Source: Nematocida ausubeli (taxonomy: Eukaryota). Taken from it: a stretch of 64,000 bases of DNA. This document shows positions 53,018-64,000 of the stretch, in pieces. Numbering within the stretch: position 1 is the first letter of the stretch; every line of letters starts with the position of its first letter. The position numbers and the translations under genes were made by a program. The notes under the pieces are model-generated. The model was not told the origin of the DNA. It was given only the letters and a program-made list of their open reading frames with translations, and searched no databases. Location: positions 580,882 to 644,881 of the forward strand of contig NW_026515638.1 of the NCBI RefSeq assembly GCF_000738915.1. The letters are read 5' to 3'.

Positions 53018-54715
53018 TTATGCATGAAGCAGCTTTTCTTTCGCATACTTTACCAAAATATCTAGCTCATTTTTATGGCGATTTGATTTAACATTGTCAG
53101 AGAAGAATCTTTGCAGTTTTTCAATATATTCTAGATTTCTCTCTATTAAGGATATCTGTTCAGGTGAAAGCATACGCATCCTTTTCTTTCGGCATAGAAC
53201 AAGAATTTCTTCCATTCTCCATCCATTTATGCAGCTTATACTAACGGGATCTATCTCTCTTTCTGGCTTATCTAGTTTGAGCTTGTTTTTGATTGATGAA
53301 ATCGCAAACTTAAAGCTCTCTCCCACTTCAAACACCTCCCAGTCTATTTCGTCTGGGCTTTCTATCTCATGGTGCACTGGGTTAAAAATGAATATTTTGT
53401 CAAGCATAGAGGGGTCTGCCCGGTCAAGCAGAATAATGAGCCACTGCAGAACCAAAGGCAACTCATTTGTCTGCTTCAGGCTTGGCTTTATTAATTCCTC
53501 CATGGGCGCCTTCTCTCTTTCTCCAATAGCCTCTGCAAGCCTTTCTGCTCCTCCAATACATACTGAGTTATTATTTGAAGTAGGCTGCAGGCCTGATATT
53601 ACAAGCGAGGTGGCTCTATATAGAGAAAAAAGCACGGGCTCAATTGCTTCACAAATGGTTGGGGCGCAAATAACATCAAGTCTGCCCATAACCAGCCCAG
53701 TAATGTACTCCAAAGAAATAATTCCCCTAAAAAACAGAGAAAAGAAGCAGTCTGGGATCCTCTTACCAAAGACCAGCTCGAGATTTGGGGAGAATCCGCA
53801 TTCAGTGAGAAGCACTAGCTCACCGTTTTCATTCATAACAGGTTGGTGATTAATAACATATTGGGCTTTAAAATATGTGTTGGCAAATACAGTGAACTTA
53901 TCTACCCTTCCATCCTGCGAAGCGGTTTCTACTTTTCTCTGAAGCTCTTTGGAGACATGCTTGTTCCTGTAGGTCTCAATAATGAAGAAAGGATCAAAGA
54001 CTAGGCTGTGTGCTGGAATAGTTGGGCAGTATTCGCTCCCAAGCATAAGGAATATTTCACGCATGCTGTTTAGTGTGAGATTGAGTGACTTGCAGATCTC
54101 AGAGACAGTGCATGATGCTACAGTCATGGCCTTCCTATCGCCGGATGTAATGAATTCAAAATCAAGAATCAGGTCCTCAGCTCCTGGGAACAGCAAATAG
54201 TCTGTTGCGCCAAAGAACATCGAGATGTATAGCTTTTTCTCCATGTATGCTCCCTGGGCTGTGGCAAAGTATGGGGCATTGACCACCTCCACCTTATAGC
54301 GGGCCAGAACTGCATTAATTGAAGCCTTCTGCTCTTCGTAATCAAAAGCAACAGCCCACGCTTTGGACGCAAGGTCTATCTCCCCATTGCTGTAGTGCTC
54401 GCAGCCACTCACAACAAGCTCTTTTCTTCTTTTTTCTGGCACTTTTCGCAATTCAAGTGTGGGGGATATTCCATTCCATATCCAGACTACTCGGCACCCT
54501 ACTTTCTCCATGCACTCTAGTAAGCTCTCCACGTGAGATAGGATTTCCTTCCCAAACCCATCCATTAGGATATTTTTGCCCTGCAGGAACAGACTATACT
54601 TTCGCACGAACCAGGCCCCGTCAATTCCAATTGTATTTTCTTTAAGCGTATCCAGATCGAACTTCTTAATTAGGTGTCGTTTTGCAAGCTCTTTCTCAAG
54701 TTGTCGAATTGGCAT
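53018..54715 (-). CDS. MKT1: Mkt1-like XPG/PIN-domain protein
   Basis: IGIDGAWF, VWIWNGI, APYFATAQGAYM and GATDYLLF; lacks the acidic EAEA motif of active FEN1/XPG, as expected for Mkt1. Confidence 0.75.
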   Translation of the reverse strand: MPIRQLEKELAKRHLIKKFDLDTLKENTIGIDGAWFVRKYSLFLQGKNILMDGFGKEILSHVESLLECMEKVGCRVVWIWNGISPTLELRKVPEKRRKELVVSGCEHYSNGEIDLASKAWAVAFDYEEQKASINAVLARYKVEVVNAPYFATAQGAYMEKKLYISMFFGATDYLLFPGAEDLILDFEFITSGDRKAMTVASCTVSEICKSLNLTLNSMREIFLMLGSEYCPTIPAHSLVFDPFFIIETYRNKHVSKELQRKVETASQDGRVDKFTVFANTYFKAQYVINHQPVMNENGELVLLTECGFSPNLELVFGKRIPDCFFSLFFRGIISLEYITGLVMGRLDVICAPTICEAIEPVLFSLYRATSLVISGLQPTSNNNSVCIGGAERLAEAIGEREKAPMEELIKPSLKQTNELPLVLQWLIILLDRADPSMLDKIFIFNPVHHEIESPDEIDWEVFEVGESFKFAISSIKNKLKLDKPEREIDPVSISCINGWRMEEILVLCRKKRMRMLSPEQISLIERNLEYIEKLQRFFSDNVKSNRHKNELDILVKYAKEKLLHA

Positions 54716-54751
54716 AATTTAAAATTAATGAATTTGATTACTAGTAATTAT

Positions 54752-55324
54752 ATGGGAGAGCGAGAGACATCAAAGAAGATAATTGTAGTGGGAGACGGTG
54801 GCTGCGGGAAGACGTGTCTTCTTATTAAATACACAGAGGACAGGTTTGAGAAAGACCACAATGTAACTGTCTTTGAGAATAAGGAGGTTCCCTACTTGGA
54901 CAGAGCGACAGGAACAACCTACATGCTCAACATATGGGACACTGCAGGACAGGATGACTTTGACAGAATTCGGAAGCTATGCTATATTGACACACAGCTT
55001 GTGCTTATATGCTTTGCACTGAACAAGCCCGAGTCATTTAAGAACATAGAGGGAAGGTGGAAGGAGGAGGTTGACCACTTCTGCAAGGATGTGCCTAGGA
55101 TACTTGTGGGAATGAAGGCAGACCTGCGAAAGACAACAAGCGAAGACCTAATATCAGAAAGCATGGCGCGCCAGCTGGCAAGCAGCGTGTCAGCGAAGTG
55201 CTATGTGGAGTGCTCATCTGTAACAGGAGAAAATGTTGACACTGTCTTCGACGAGGCAATGAATGTTCTGCTGAACAGAACAAAAAAAAAGAAAGACCGA
55301 GGCCCATCGTGCAAGACGCTCTAG
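54752..55324 (+). CDS. Rho-family small GTPase
   Basis: GDGGCGKT, TVFEN, WDTAGQDDFDRIR, MKADL, ECSS, polybasic region and CaaX (CKTL); ATG 54752. Confidence 0.93.
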   Translation: MGERETSKKIIVVGDGGCGKTCLLIKYTEDRFEKDHNVTVFENKEVPYLDRATGTTYMLNIWDTAGQDDFDRIRKLCYIDTQLVLICFALNKPESFKNIEGRWKEEVDHFCKDVPRILVGMKADLRKTTSEDLISESMARQLASSVSAKCYVECSSVTGENVDTVFDEAMNVLLNRTKKKKDRGPSCKTL

Positions 55325-55983
55325 CCAAAATATTATTAAGAAGAAGTACTGGCGTAGTATAATAAAGGGTTTAGGAGACAAGAAATTAGACATGTCTTGA
55401 CTGCATACATAAGATTTTTGGTGTGCTGCACTGCAGGCTGATTTAATTATATATAAGCCAATTTATAGAATAGAAGGCTACTGTGGAGTGCTAATTTGTA
55501 CACTTTTTGGTCTCCTGGGGTGCATTTATTTTCTGCAAATCTGAAACCCGAATATAGTAAGCAAAGAGTCATTTAGATGATGGGACAGAATCTATCTATA
55601 CTATGGATGTACTGTGTATACTGAAGAGATGCAAAGAATTCATTTTTCTAGAGGAAATATAACATGGATGGGAATATGGGTATTTCGCATTTAAATAACT
55701 TATTTTATACTGAATATTGTTGTAGCGCAGAAGAAACAAATAGAATAGGAAGTCTATGCTATTCTCAAATATCCTTGCACAGCCAGGTACTTTCTATAAA
55801 TTAAATAGTATATCAAAAAGATGGGTAGTTCCAATCTATTCGGAATAAGATTTCCTTCCAAAGAAAGATAGACCAAGGCTATAATAATTCAAAGAAGAAA
55901 CTCCTTCAGGCAATAGTTGCTTCTTATTGCCTTGAATGCGCATGTACTAAAACCAGCAGGAATTTAAAGGTAAATCATATGGG

Positions 55984-56016
55984 TATTCAGGATATATTCA
56001 GGATATATTTAGGATA
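55984..56016. repeat. 11-bp tandem repeat TATTCAGGATA, 3 copies
   Basis: tattcaggata tattcaggata tatttaggata. Confidence 0.85.
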
Positions 56017-56148
56017 TGATCACTTTCATACATAATAAGGGCTTAGTACATACTAAAACTTTAAGAGAAGAACGCTAAGAAAAAAAGTCATTATTAAAGA
56101 AATATTAGAGAGAAATAGTAGTGATGACAAGCAGCAATTTAATTATAA

Positions 56149-56172
56149 AATTGCAGAATTGCAGAATTGCAG
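56149..56172. repeat. 8-bp tandem repeat AATTGCAG, 3 copies
   Basis: aattgcag aattgcag aattgcag. Confidence 0.85.
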
Positions 56173-56464
56173 AAAAGAGGTTATTTAGTAGCATATGAAT
56201 ATAAATAAGATATAATTATCTCTACACGGTATGGGTAACATTCTGTTATCTTTTTATTCTAGTAAAACAGAAGCAGATGCCCTGCTGCATACGGATCTTC
56301 TTCTAAAACATTAGCTTCTGTAGCCTGGGATAAGTTGTTTGTAAGGGCGCCTTTGTAGAGGCCAGGCTATTAATTCTTTTAGTTTGATGTTTAGTTATGG
56401 AGGAGAGTAGCTGGGGCTGTTCTTGTGAATTAAATACTTTAACAATTTTTATTCTTAATTGCAA

Positions 56465-57379
56465 ATGAACACAAGCACCGCAGACATCGCAGTTCTCATA
56501 GACGAGGAAAAATATGAAGAAATATTAGCACACCCAAAGGCTACAGAAGAGCAGAAGGCAGTGGCACTCATCAAATTAGACAGGTACAAAGAGGCAATTG
56601 ATCTATGCCATAATAACACCTTTGAGAAGGGGTACTGCTACTACAAGCTAGAAAAGTACAAGTCAGCTTTGCATACCGCAGGAAATAAGAAGGGAGCAGA
56701 CTGGACCATGCTTAGATCACAAATATTATACAAGCTTGACAGGCACATGGAGGCACTTGCAGAAATAAAGAAGTTGAAGCTGAAGGGAGCAATTCTAGTG
56801 AACTATGCAGGAAATGTGGCAATGGCATGTGCGGAAAATAAGTTGAAGAGCGATGGCCCTGAAGTAAGGGAGATTCTGGAGATGATAAAGAATGAAAGTG
56901 TAAACATCCAGGGAGAAGTGCTGTACAATCTTTCTTTTGCATACCTGCCAGACAGAAAGAAAACCCTTCAGAAGCTAAAGGAAATAGACACGCCTGATAG
57001 AACACACAGACAGCTGGTTGCCTCGCAAATACATAATATAGAGGGAAATCACCAAGAAATATCGCCAAGTGTTCTAACAAAGAGTAACAGGGCCATACAC
57101 AAATACAACACAGAGGGGGTTGCTTTGCCCAATCTGCAGGGAAGCATGAAACAGTTCCAGAAAGACAGCTACTACCAGAACAAGATAAGAAGATATAGGC
57201 AGACAAAAAACGTACCTGAAATATGCAATATAATAAACGACTTAGAGCACAAGAATACAAAGCCAATGATCAAGTTCATTAGCAAAATAAGCCGGAAGAA
57301 TGCGCTGCGCTTGGAGAAAGTGCTGAAGGACGACAATCTCCTTAATAAAAGCCTGAGAAGAATCATCAGCAATAAGTAA
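56465..57379 (+). CDS. SRP72: SRP72-like TPR protein (short)
   Basis: KAVALIKLDRYKEA, FEKGYCYYKL, LRSQILYKL and EVLYN match the SRP72 N-terminal TPRs; ATG 56465. Confidence 0.75.
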   Translation: MNTSTADIAVLIDEEKYEEILAHPKATEEQKAVALIKLDRYKEAIDLCHNNTFEKGYCYYKLEKYKSALHTAGNKKGADWTMLRSQILYKLDRHMEALAEIKKLKLKGAILVNYAGNVAMACAENKLKSDGPEVREILEMIKNESVNIQGEVLYNLSFAYLPDRKKTLQKLKEIDTPDRTHRQLVASQIHNIEGNHQEISPSVLTKSNRAIHKYNTEGVALPNLQGSMKQFQKDSYYQNKIRRYRQTKNVPEICNIINDLEHKNTKPMIKFISKISRKNALRLEKVLKDDNLLNKSLRRIISNK

Positions 57380-58034
57380 ATACAAGGAGCGCAGTTAAGA
57401 AGGGTCTGCAGACCTTTATAGACTTATTTAAAATAGCTTGCACGATGCACTTATGCATGTGATTGTGGGTTTTATTTGTGCCATTTATACGGCATGAATG
57501 GGCTAAGACTACTTCTATAGCAACCCGTGTGCAGGAGTTCTGCAAATCTTCTTATTTAGCCTTCAATGGACAGAGTAATAAACAGCCAATATACTTATTT
57601 TTCATTCACTTGCAAGGCCAAAGTTAAGAAAGTCTGCAAACAGAAGTTCTTTCTATTTTTGTTGCCACCTGCTTTCTCTTTATAATTATTACTTTAGTTA
57701 ACGATAGGCAATGAATTTGTAGAGGTAATTTGGGTTATAGTGCCTAGTGCTTTAGAACTTGCAGTAAAAAAACAAAAAGCATGTACTCCCATGGAGTGAA
57801 TCTAAGTAGAATTATTTCTGCAAGGCTTCTATATAGCCCGAATGCATATTCTAATTTGTTGCATTATTATTTGGACTATTTGTATCTTGATATTCGGGTT
57901 ATTTCATGTGGATGTTTTGTGGTGACGTGTCATATATGGATGGATCTGTGTTTATATCACCTTGTTATTTACTATTATTTGGGCTAATTAGTGCATTTCG
58001 TGCTATTAATTACTTTGTGTTTTTAATTTTTTAT

Positions 58035-59135
58035 ATGTTGAGTGGAGTCTTTCTTATTTCTGTCTCTTCTGCTCTGGTTTGGATTGGTACCATGAACACC
58101 TCGCACCTGCAGATTAAGAAGGAGAGTATGTCAATGGAAGATGCAAAGGCATTTCCAATTATTGGATCTGTAGTGCTTTTAAGTATCTTTTTTGCATTTA
58201 GGTATCTCTCAAAAACCATCATTAACACGATGCTAAGAGCACTTTTCTCAGCAACAGGAACATTCTCTGTGTACAAGCTATTGAAGGTCGTATATCAGCG
58301 CTTCATTCCTATTGAGAAAGTGAAAGAGCTTGCAAAGAAAAAGATAGAGAAAGATACTCCTTCTGAGAAAAAGAAGACAGATTCTGCAGAAGAGAAGATA
58401 GAAGAGGATCTAGAAAAAAATGAAAAGCCAAAAAGCACAGAAGCAAGCCAATCTGAAGAAGGCAGCAAAGTAGCAGAGCCAGCTCAAGGTGTAGTGGTAG
58501 AAAACATCAGGGCGTTTAAAAAAGAGGTGATAGAGACCCTTCAAGAAGTGAAAGAAAACATAAAGGTGTACATTGAGGAGTTCAAGAACATTCACTATCT
58601 TGCATTGTTTGCTATTTCTTTTTTAATTAACGTGTGGTACTTCAAGACAAAGAGCATGCACTCTTCAAATATTTTGGCGTGTGCCTTCTCTGTAATGGCC
58701 ATCCAGGAGATAAAGCCAGATTCAACAAAAACTGTCCTTGTACTTCTGGGACTTCTTTTCTTCTATGACATATTCTGGGTGTTCTTCACACCGGTTATGA
58801 TCGGAGTAGCAAAGGACTTGGAAATTCCAATAAAGATAGTCTATCCCTTTGCAAGAAAGGGCGCAAGCATGATTGGTCTAGGAGACATTGTGATTCCAGG
58901 AATATTCCTCTCTCTTTCCAGAGAGTTTGCACAGAAGTTCAGCTCACCTCTTATCTTTACACTTGGATATGCAGGGTATGTGCTAGCCTTAATGATTACT
59001 TTTGCGATTGTGTTTATTTTCAAAGCTGGGCAGCCTGCTTTGTTGTACATTTGCCCGCTAATTGTAGCAGGAAGCCTGGCCGGTGCAGCAGTTCACAAAA
59101 GAACTAAGCAGTTTATTGCCTATACATCTGAATAA
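58035..59135 (+). CDS. Signal peptide peptidase (A22B intramembrane aspartyl protease)
   Basis: LFFYDIFWVF, GLGDIVIPG, GQPALLY; start probably ATG 58035 (upstream in-frame ATGs exist). Confidence 0.95.
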   Translation: MLSGVFLISVSSALVWIGTMNTSHLQIKKESMSMEDAKAFPIIGSVVLLSIFFAFRYLSKTIINTMLRALFSATGTFSVYKLLKVVYQRFIPIEKVKELAKKKIEKDTPSEKKKTDSAEEKIEEDLEKNEKPKSTEASQSEEGSKVAEPAQGVVVENIRAFKKEVIETLQEVKENIKVYIEEFKNIHYLALFAISFLINVWYFKTKSMHSSNILACAFSVMAIQEIKPDSTKTVLVLLGLLFFYDIFWVFFTPVMIGVAKDLEIPIKIVYPFARKGASMIGLGDIVIPGIFLSLSREFAQKFSSPLIFTLGYAGYVLALMITFAIVFIFKAGQPALLYICPLIVAGSLAGAAVHKRTKQFIAYTSE

Positions 59136-59597
59136 TACTATTTGTTGAAAAATAAAGTACAGAATCTATTTTCATTCACTGCCTGCATGCTTTTTGTCTG
59201 ATTATTCTTCTCTTTCTAAATATATTTTCTCTTGAAAATTATAAAAATCCTTCTAGCCTAGTATGCGTAGTTTGTTAAATTATGCAAATATATCTTAATA
59301 TTTTTATTGTCTGCTGTGTGCCTGTCCATTCTTTTTGTGAAATATCCTTTTCTTACTAGCATATAGAGCGCATATAAACACCCACTTCTGCCTGCACTGT
59401 GTTTAGTAATTTGGATATAGTAAATGCCTTCAATAAGAGGCAGAGTGCTTTAGCTTAGAGTATTTTGGATATTTAAGGAAACTGTGCAAACAATAAAATG
59501 CATGAGAAGGCATTTTAACCATCTATCATGTGTGCTCTTCATGCGATATAATCTATGTTTGGAGTTGGAGCTGGATCAAGCATTTTATTTCCATGAC

Positions 59598-60497
59598 TTA
59601 CTCAAAGGACTCTACAATGTACTCAAGTGCAGGATCTGTGAAGTGGTAGTCATGAATGTCTAGGCCTATCTCTACGCTTTCTCGAATAATTCGGTTGGGG
59701 ATGTCCTTTAATGCAAGGAGTGCATCCTCTGCCTCTTTTGTATTGATTGTTCCCAGGGCCTCTGCACACTCGTGTCTGACCATTTCATGCCGGTTCTCAT
59801 CTGCAAGAACACGTGCCAAGTGTTTGGCAGATGCAGGGTGTGACATCTGCCCAAAGACAAAGGCTACTTCGTGCTCAAATAGGTCAGAGCGGTTTTTGTT
59901 GTTAAATCCTTCTGCAAGTATCTCAACAGCCTCTTCTGTTCCAATGTCTCTCAAAGCAAACATGGCTGCGTATCTCTCGTAAAGAGACTTGCTTTCGTCT
60001 AGATACGTCTGTCTGAGTTTTTCAATTGAAGCGCTTTCTGCAGAGACAGCTGGGTCAAGAGACCCAAACTCTGACCGCTTTGATCCTCCGTTTCTTATCA
60101 GCTCAGCTCCTATCTCACATGTTTCAGAGACTGCCTTGCTCTTGGAGACTGAAAGATCTGCATACTCTCTAAGAAGTGGCTCGTATGCCATGTCTCCAAA
60201 GGTGGCAATTGCCTCAGCTGCCTCGTGCCGCACAATCTCATCCTCACTGCCGTCTCGGAGAATGCGCTCCAGAATCGGAAGAGCTGTTCTGTTTTGCATC
60301 TGTCCCAGAACGTACGCCAGCTCGTGCTTCAGAAGAACAGAGGTTGTGGTGAAGGCTGCTGCAATTCCATGCACAGACTCATCTGTGCAGATGCTTCTAA
60401 GTGCAAAAAGAGCTCTGAATCTTAGCTTCAGTGGCTCTGTCTCTCTTTGCAAAATATCTGAAAAGTTCTTAACTGCATTCTCTGTGGTTGTACTCAT
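59598..60497 (-). CDS. LIA1: Deoxyhypusine hydroxylase
   Basis: RFRALFAL and four HE motifs (LKHELAY, VRHEAAE, FEHEVAF, VRHECAE) in HEAT-like repeats. Confidence 0.95.
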   Translation of the reverse strand: MSTTTENAVKNFSDILQRETEPLKLRFRALFALRSICTDESVHGIAAAFTTTSVLLKHELAYVLGQMQNRTALPILERILRDGSEDEIVRHEAAEAIATFGDMAYEPLLREYADLSVSKSKAVSETCEIGAELIRNGGSKRSEFGSLDPAVSAESASIEKLRQTYLDESKSLYERYAAMFALRDIGTEEAVEILAEGFNNKNRSDLFEHEVAFVFGQMSHPASAKHLARVLADENRHEMVRHECAEALGTINTKEAEDALLALKDIPNRIIRESVEIGLDIHDYHFTDPALEYIVESFE

Positions 60498-60528
60498 AAT
60501 TTGCAAAAAAATAATTAGTGAAAATAGT

Positions 60529-63165
60529 TTATTCTTCTATCTCAGCAGACTCCTGTATCTGGCCAGAGGCATCGGCAGACTTAGTTTTTGGAAGGAAAAT
60601 AACAGAAGGCAGCCCAGCCAAAGAGGACTTTCTCTGCTGCGACGGCGTGAACCTTTCAAAGTTCTTTACAATGTGAGACTTCTCTTCTATTACATCTGCC
60701 TCAGAGACTTCTTCATCAGATGCCTCCTCTTCATCCTCTCCAGTTGCAAGTGGAAGTATTTTGAACTTTTTCCCTTGCTTCTTGCTCTCTGCCACAGACA
60801 CGTCTGTGATCAAGTGCTCCTTCTGTGGGCCATCCACCTCAACAGAGAATCCTTCCACCAGGTTCAAGTCTGTGTCAACTGCAAGAAGAACAGTTGGCCG
60901 CATGCACAGCGCAATGAAGGGCACCAAGGGGTACCAGTGCCAAAACTGCGAGAACAAAATGGCACCGCACACGCTCTTCACAGAAAGATCACCGGACATG
61001 CCGAATATGCTCATGAATCCATTCTTTCCGCATGCATCAAGGAAGGAGCGGCCTAGAAGCGCACCAAACCGGGCTGCTCCGCTTTCACTCTTTCTCTTTG
61101 TCATGCTGTGCATGTGCTCGACAATTCGCCGGTAGAAAGGATCGTCCCGTGCATTTACCTGCATAAGAACCATTCCTGCACCAATGCTTGCATTCTGCCT
61201 GACATAAGAAGTGCTGTCGTACATAAGCTCCTCAAGAAGGGTGAGCGCCTGTTTGTCTCCGGACCCTGCAAGGAACATTCCTAGCGTGAGGGAGACCCCA
61301 GAACGAACGTACGGCGAGTGGCTCTGTGCAAGGGGCTCAAGCACCTTAAAAAGAACTGAGTTCCCTCCCATAAGACTATCTTTATCCTTGCATGTTTCGG
61401 GTTTTGTTGTAAGAATCAGCCCAATGCTGAACACTGCTGCTCTTTTAACGTCCTCTGATGAGTCTGTGCTGATTATGAACAGAAGCTTTTCAACCACAGA
61501 TAGACTTCCTCCGCCTACATACATTGCTCCAAGAGAAAGGACTCCTGTATATCTAAGAATTGGGTTTGAGTCTGCAAGCAGCTCGTCTAGCATCTCCTGG
61601 ATCTCTGAAGAGGAACCTGCACTCGATGCATTTGCAGCAATCAGCTGCAGTGCAATACTCACACCCACAGCTCTTGAGATCTTCTCGTGCTCAGTGTCTC
61701 TTGCGTATGTCAGAAGCTCTTTTGCCAGCTCGCTACTGAATATCCCTGCGCTAACCAGCCCAATTGCGTATGCAGCTGCCTCAGATGTAGTCACCGTGTC
61801 GGAATAGAGAACATTCTTAAACCTTGCAATGGAGTCTTCGTCTGCTGTACCAAGCCGGGTAAGGCCAAGGCCCAGGCAGACTCCGTGCAAAATGTGGCCT
61901 CGTCTGCTTTCCATCTCTGTATCTAGGAAGTTGCTCAAAAAGCTATCTGCAACCACTGGGGAGTTAACGGAAATCAGACCAAGTGCAAACAAAGCCCCTC
62001 CGCTTTCTGGGCTGTCCTTCTCTGAGTTCTTGATTGATGCCATTGGAAGATAGTGCCTTAGCATTTCAAACGGATCTTCGCTGTCTGTGTGCACCATTCC
62101 AAAGGAGGATGCCACCACAAACTTGGACCAGTTCTTTGCCTGCCGCATCCACTCCAGATTCTTCCGCAGATACGTGTCATTTGCTGTTTTGCAGTTCATC
62201 AGGCCATTGCAGAAGCTGAGAGACATGTGGTTCATGGAAAGCTTGGAGCTCTGCGACTTTGACAGTTCAGCAAGTAGAGCGAAGTTTGCCTGGTTCTTCT
62301 CAGAGAGGAACTTTTGGTACGTAGACGACTGGAACTGCCCTGTTAGCAGCTTGTGCATAGAGGCGTGCTTAATGTCCTCCCCAATTGACTGCGAGATGAC
62401 TGGGGCTCTGTCGTGGATTAAAAAGGCCATGTACAGGGCAACCTCTGTCTTCACATCTGCTAGGTACTTAAGAAGATCCTTCAGAGCCTTCTCGTCTTTT
62501 CTAAATAGGTACGCATCAAGAAGATACTTGTAGAAGAAAAGAGAGTAGTCTCCACTGCTCGCTTCACTCCATATGCCTTCCATCAGTGGGAACAGCTTTG
62601 AATATATTCTTTCCTGTTTCATCTCCTCAAGCAAGAACTTCATCTGCGTGTCATTGCACAGAATGTGCATATTGTTTCTTATAAATGCCTCAATTGACTC
62701 TATGTTCTTTGTTGTTATATGCAAAGCCAGCAGAGAAAATGCATCCTTCCCATCCTCTGTCTTCTGCTGGAGAAGACAGGACATAAACTCTTTCATTTCC
62801 GCACTGTGCGCCCCTTGTGTTTTAATGTATTTTCTAATTACTCGGTTTCTTGACTCTTGGAAGTACAGGCTGAGAGTTTCGCACTGGTTCCCAGCAGCCC
62901 GGAACCACTCGTTCTTTGAAAGAACAGCGTGTCTCACACACTTGTCGTACTCCTGTGTGTAGAAATATATCATAGACGAGATGAGGTGGAAGAGCTCCTT
63001 GTCCTCTTCGCAGTCCTCAGGCTTGATATGCTGTAAAACATTCTTTAGCAAGAACCCAATTAGCCCTACATTCTTGATTATCAGATCAACTGCTTGTTTC
63101 TTCTTGTCCTTGCAGTTTTGCAATAACAATGCCTCTATGGTTGGCACAAGCGCAATTGCTTCCAT
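60529..63165 (-). CDS. RPN2: 26S proteasome regulatory subunit Rpn2/PSMD1
   Basis: YLRKNLEW...NWSKF, PC repeats (GGALFALGLI, HGVCLGLGL, DVKRAAV), FSQFWHWYPL. Confidence 0.95.
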   Translation of the reverse strand: MEAIALVPTIEALLLQNCKDKKKQAVDLIIKNVGLIGFLLKNVLQHIKPEDCEEDKELFHLISSMIYFYTQEYDKCVRHAVLSKNEWFRAAGNQCETLSLYFQESRNRVIRKYIKTQGAHSAEMKEFMSCLLQQKTEDGKDAFSLLALHITTKNIESIEAFIRNNMHILCNDTQMKFLLEEMKQERIYSKLFPLMEGIWSEASSGDYSLFFYKYLLDAYLFRKDEKALKDLLKYLADVKTEVALYMAFLIHDRAPVISQSIGEDIKHASMHKLLTGQFQSSTYQKFLSEKNQANFALLAELSKSQSSKLSMNHMSLSFCNGLMNCKTANDTYLRKNLEWMRQAKNWSKFVVASSFGMVHTDSEDPFEMLRHYLPMASIKNSEKDSPESGGALFALGLISVNSPVVADSFLSNFLDTEMESRRGHILHGVCLGLGLTRLGTADEDSIARFKNVLYSDTVTTSEAAAYAIGLVSAGIFSSELAKELLTYARDTEHEKISRAVGVSIALQLIAANASSAGSSSEIQEMLDELLADSNPILRYTGVLSLGAMYVGGGSLSVVEKLLFIISTDSSEDVKRAAVFSIGLILTTKPETCKDKDSLMGGNSVLFKVLEPLAQSHSPYVRSGVSLTLGMFLAGSGDKQALTLLEELMYDSTSYVRQNASIGAGMVLMQVNARDDPFYRRIVEHMHSMTKRKSESGAARFGALLGRSFLDACGKNGFMSIFGMSGDLSVKSVCGAILFSQFWHWYPLVPFIALCMRPTVLLAVDTDLNLVEGFSVEVDGPQKEHLITDVSVAESKKQGKKFKILPLATGEDEEEASDEEVSEADVIEEKSHIVKNFERFTPSQQRKSSLAGLPSVIFLPKTKSADASGQIQESAEIEE

Positions 63166-64000
63166 ACTTTAAAAAAACAAAACAAATTTAACTATCATCT
63201 GCACACAAAGAAAGATAAAAAGACAATTCTGGACCACCCAGTCTACACTTCACTACTGCTAATAGGACAAACACATCATGTCACATCACTTTGGTAGTAT
63301 TCCATGCGGTGCATGTTTCAGTTTAATTCCAGCTCAGGCCAGCAAGAGAAAGACTGGGCCTAAATTAAACATATAAATATTACAAACATGCTCTAGTTTA
63401 TCATGTATAGCTACTAGTCGGGTGCATACCCTGGACTCAGATAGATTTATCTGGATTTTTATCCAGTGCTGAACAATACTCGGTGTGTATTCACATGTGT
63501 AAAGAATAAAATATTACTGCCAGATGGTGGTAGTTTATAATAGAGTGGAGTCTATCTAAAAGAGCTTTTTATTCTATTTCTTATAGTTTGGGTTATACTT
63601 GAGGCACTATTCATCTTGTTTATTTTTGAGATGGACCTGTTTTTGTCTATCTCCAGATAGCTGTAGCAGTATGTTGATCTTTAAATCTATAAATCTCCAG
63701 AAAACTATCTATATATTGAAGTACCCTGGTTCTTGCATAGAGATATAAGCTTATTCTATTTCTGGTATTTCTGGCTATATAGAACTGGTTGTAGCAGTAA
63801 TTTAATATAGCCTGGCGCATAGTAGGGAAATTAATTAGCTAGTTTATTTATTTTGATTAAATCCCAAAATTAAACCAAAACATTTAAGAGCTTGAATTTA
63901 AATTAACAATAGAGTTTAATACTCTGCTCTTTTAAGAAAGTTCACACTTGTACGCATAAATACTCACTAAGCCATCTCCAGCTTGAAAGTGCACTCTGAA

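Noticed and set aside
59989..61056. 355-aa plus-strand ORF
   Set aside because: Antisense shadow of DOHH and RPN2
63240..64000. Possible decayed gene at the window end
   Set aside because: Only sub-60-codon frames with no recognisable motif

Overview
Compact, apparently intron-free eukaryotic DNA from a microsporidian parasite, most likely Nematocida. The genus call rests on a Nematocida large-gene-family-type secreted protein, divergent fungal-like housekeeping genes, RtcB, alternative oxidase and very short intergenic spacers. The window holds about 35 protein genes (NDK, RtcB, TFIIE-alpha, RanBP1, lipin, Nnf1-like, Utp25, V-ATPase c, Exo70-like, MFS permease, GATA factor, AOX, Spa2-like, Has1, Fyv7, Rad6, Rrb1, Mkt1, Rho GTPase, SRP72, signal peptide peptidase, DOHH, Rpn2 and several secreted orphans), three tRNAs (Val-TAC, Ala-TGC, His-GTG) and a 310-N assembly gap. 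A gene-poor island at about 28.6-34.7 kb holds an internally deleted Ty3/gypsy-like element (LTR, gag, integrase remnant, partial LTR) and LTR-like repeats of two families, with further copies at 40.8 and 52.6 kb. The most unusual observation is that the family-B LTR appears to be mostly protein-coding. The gag ORF starts about 54 nt into the 288-bp LTR, a diverged solo LTR conserves the peptide through mainly synonymous changes, and no tRNA primer-binding site follows the LTR. All calls are by-eye motif recognition; no database searches were run.
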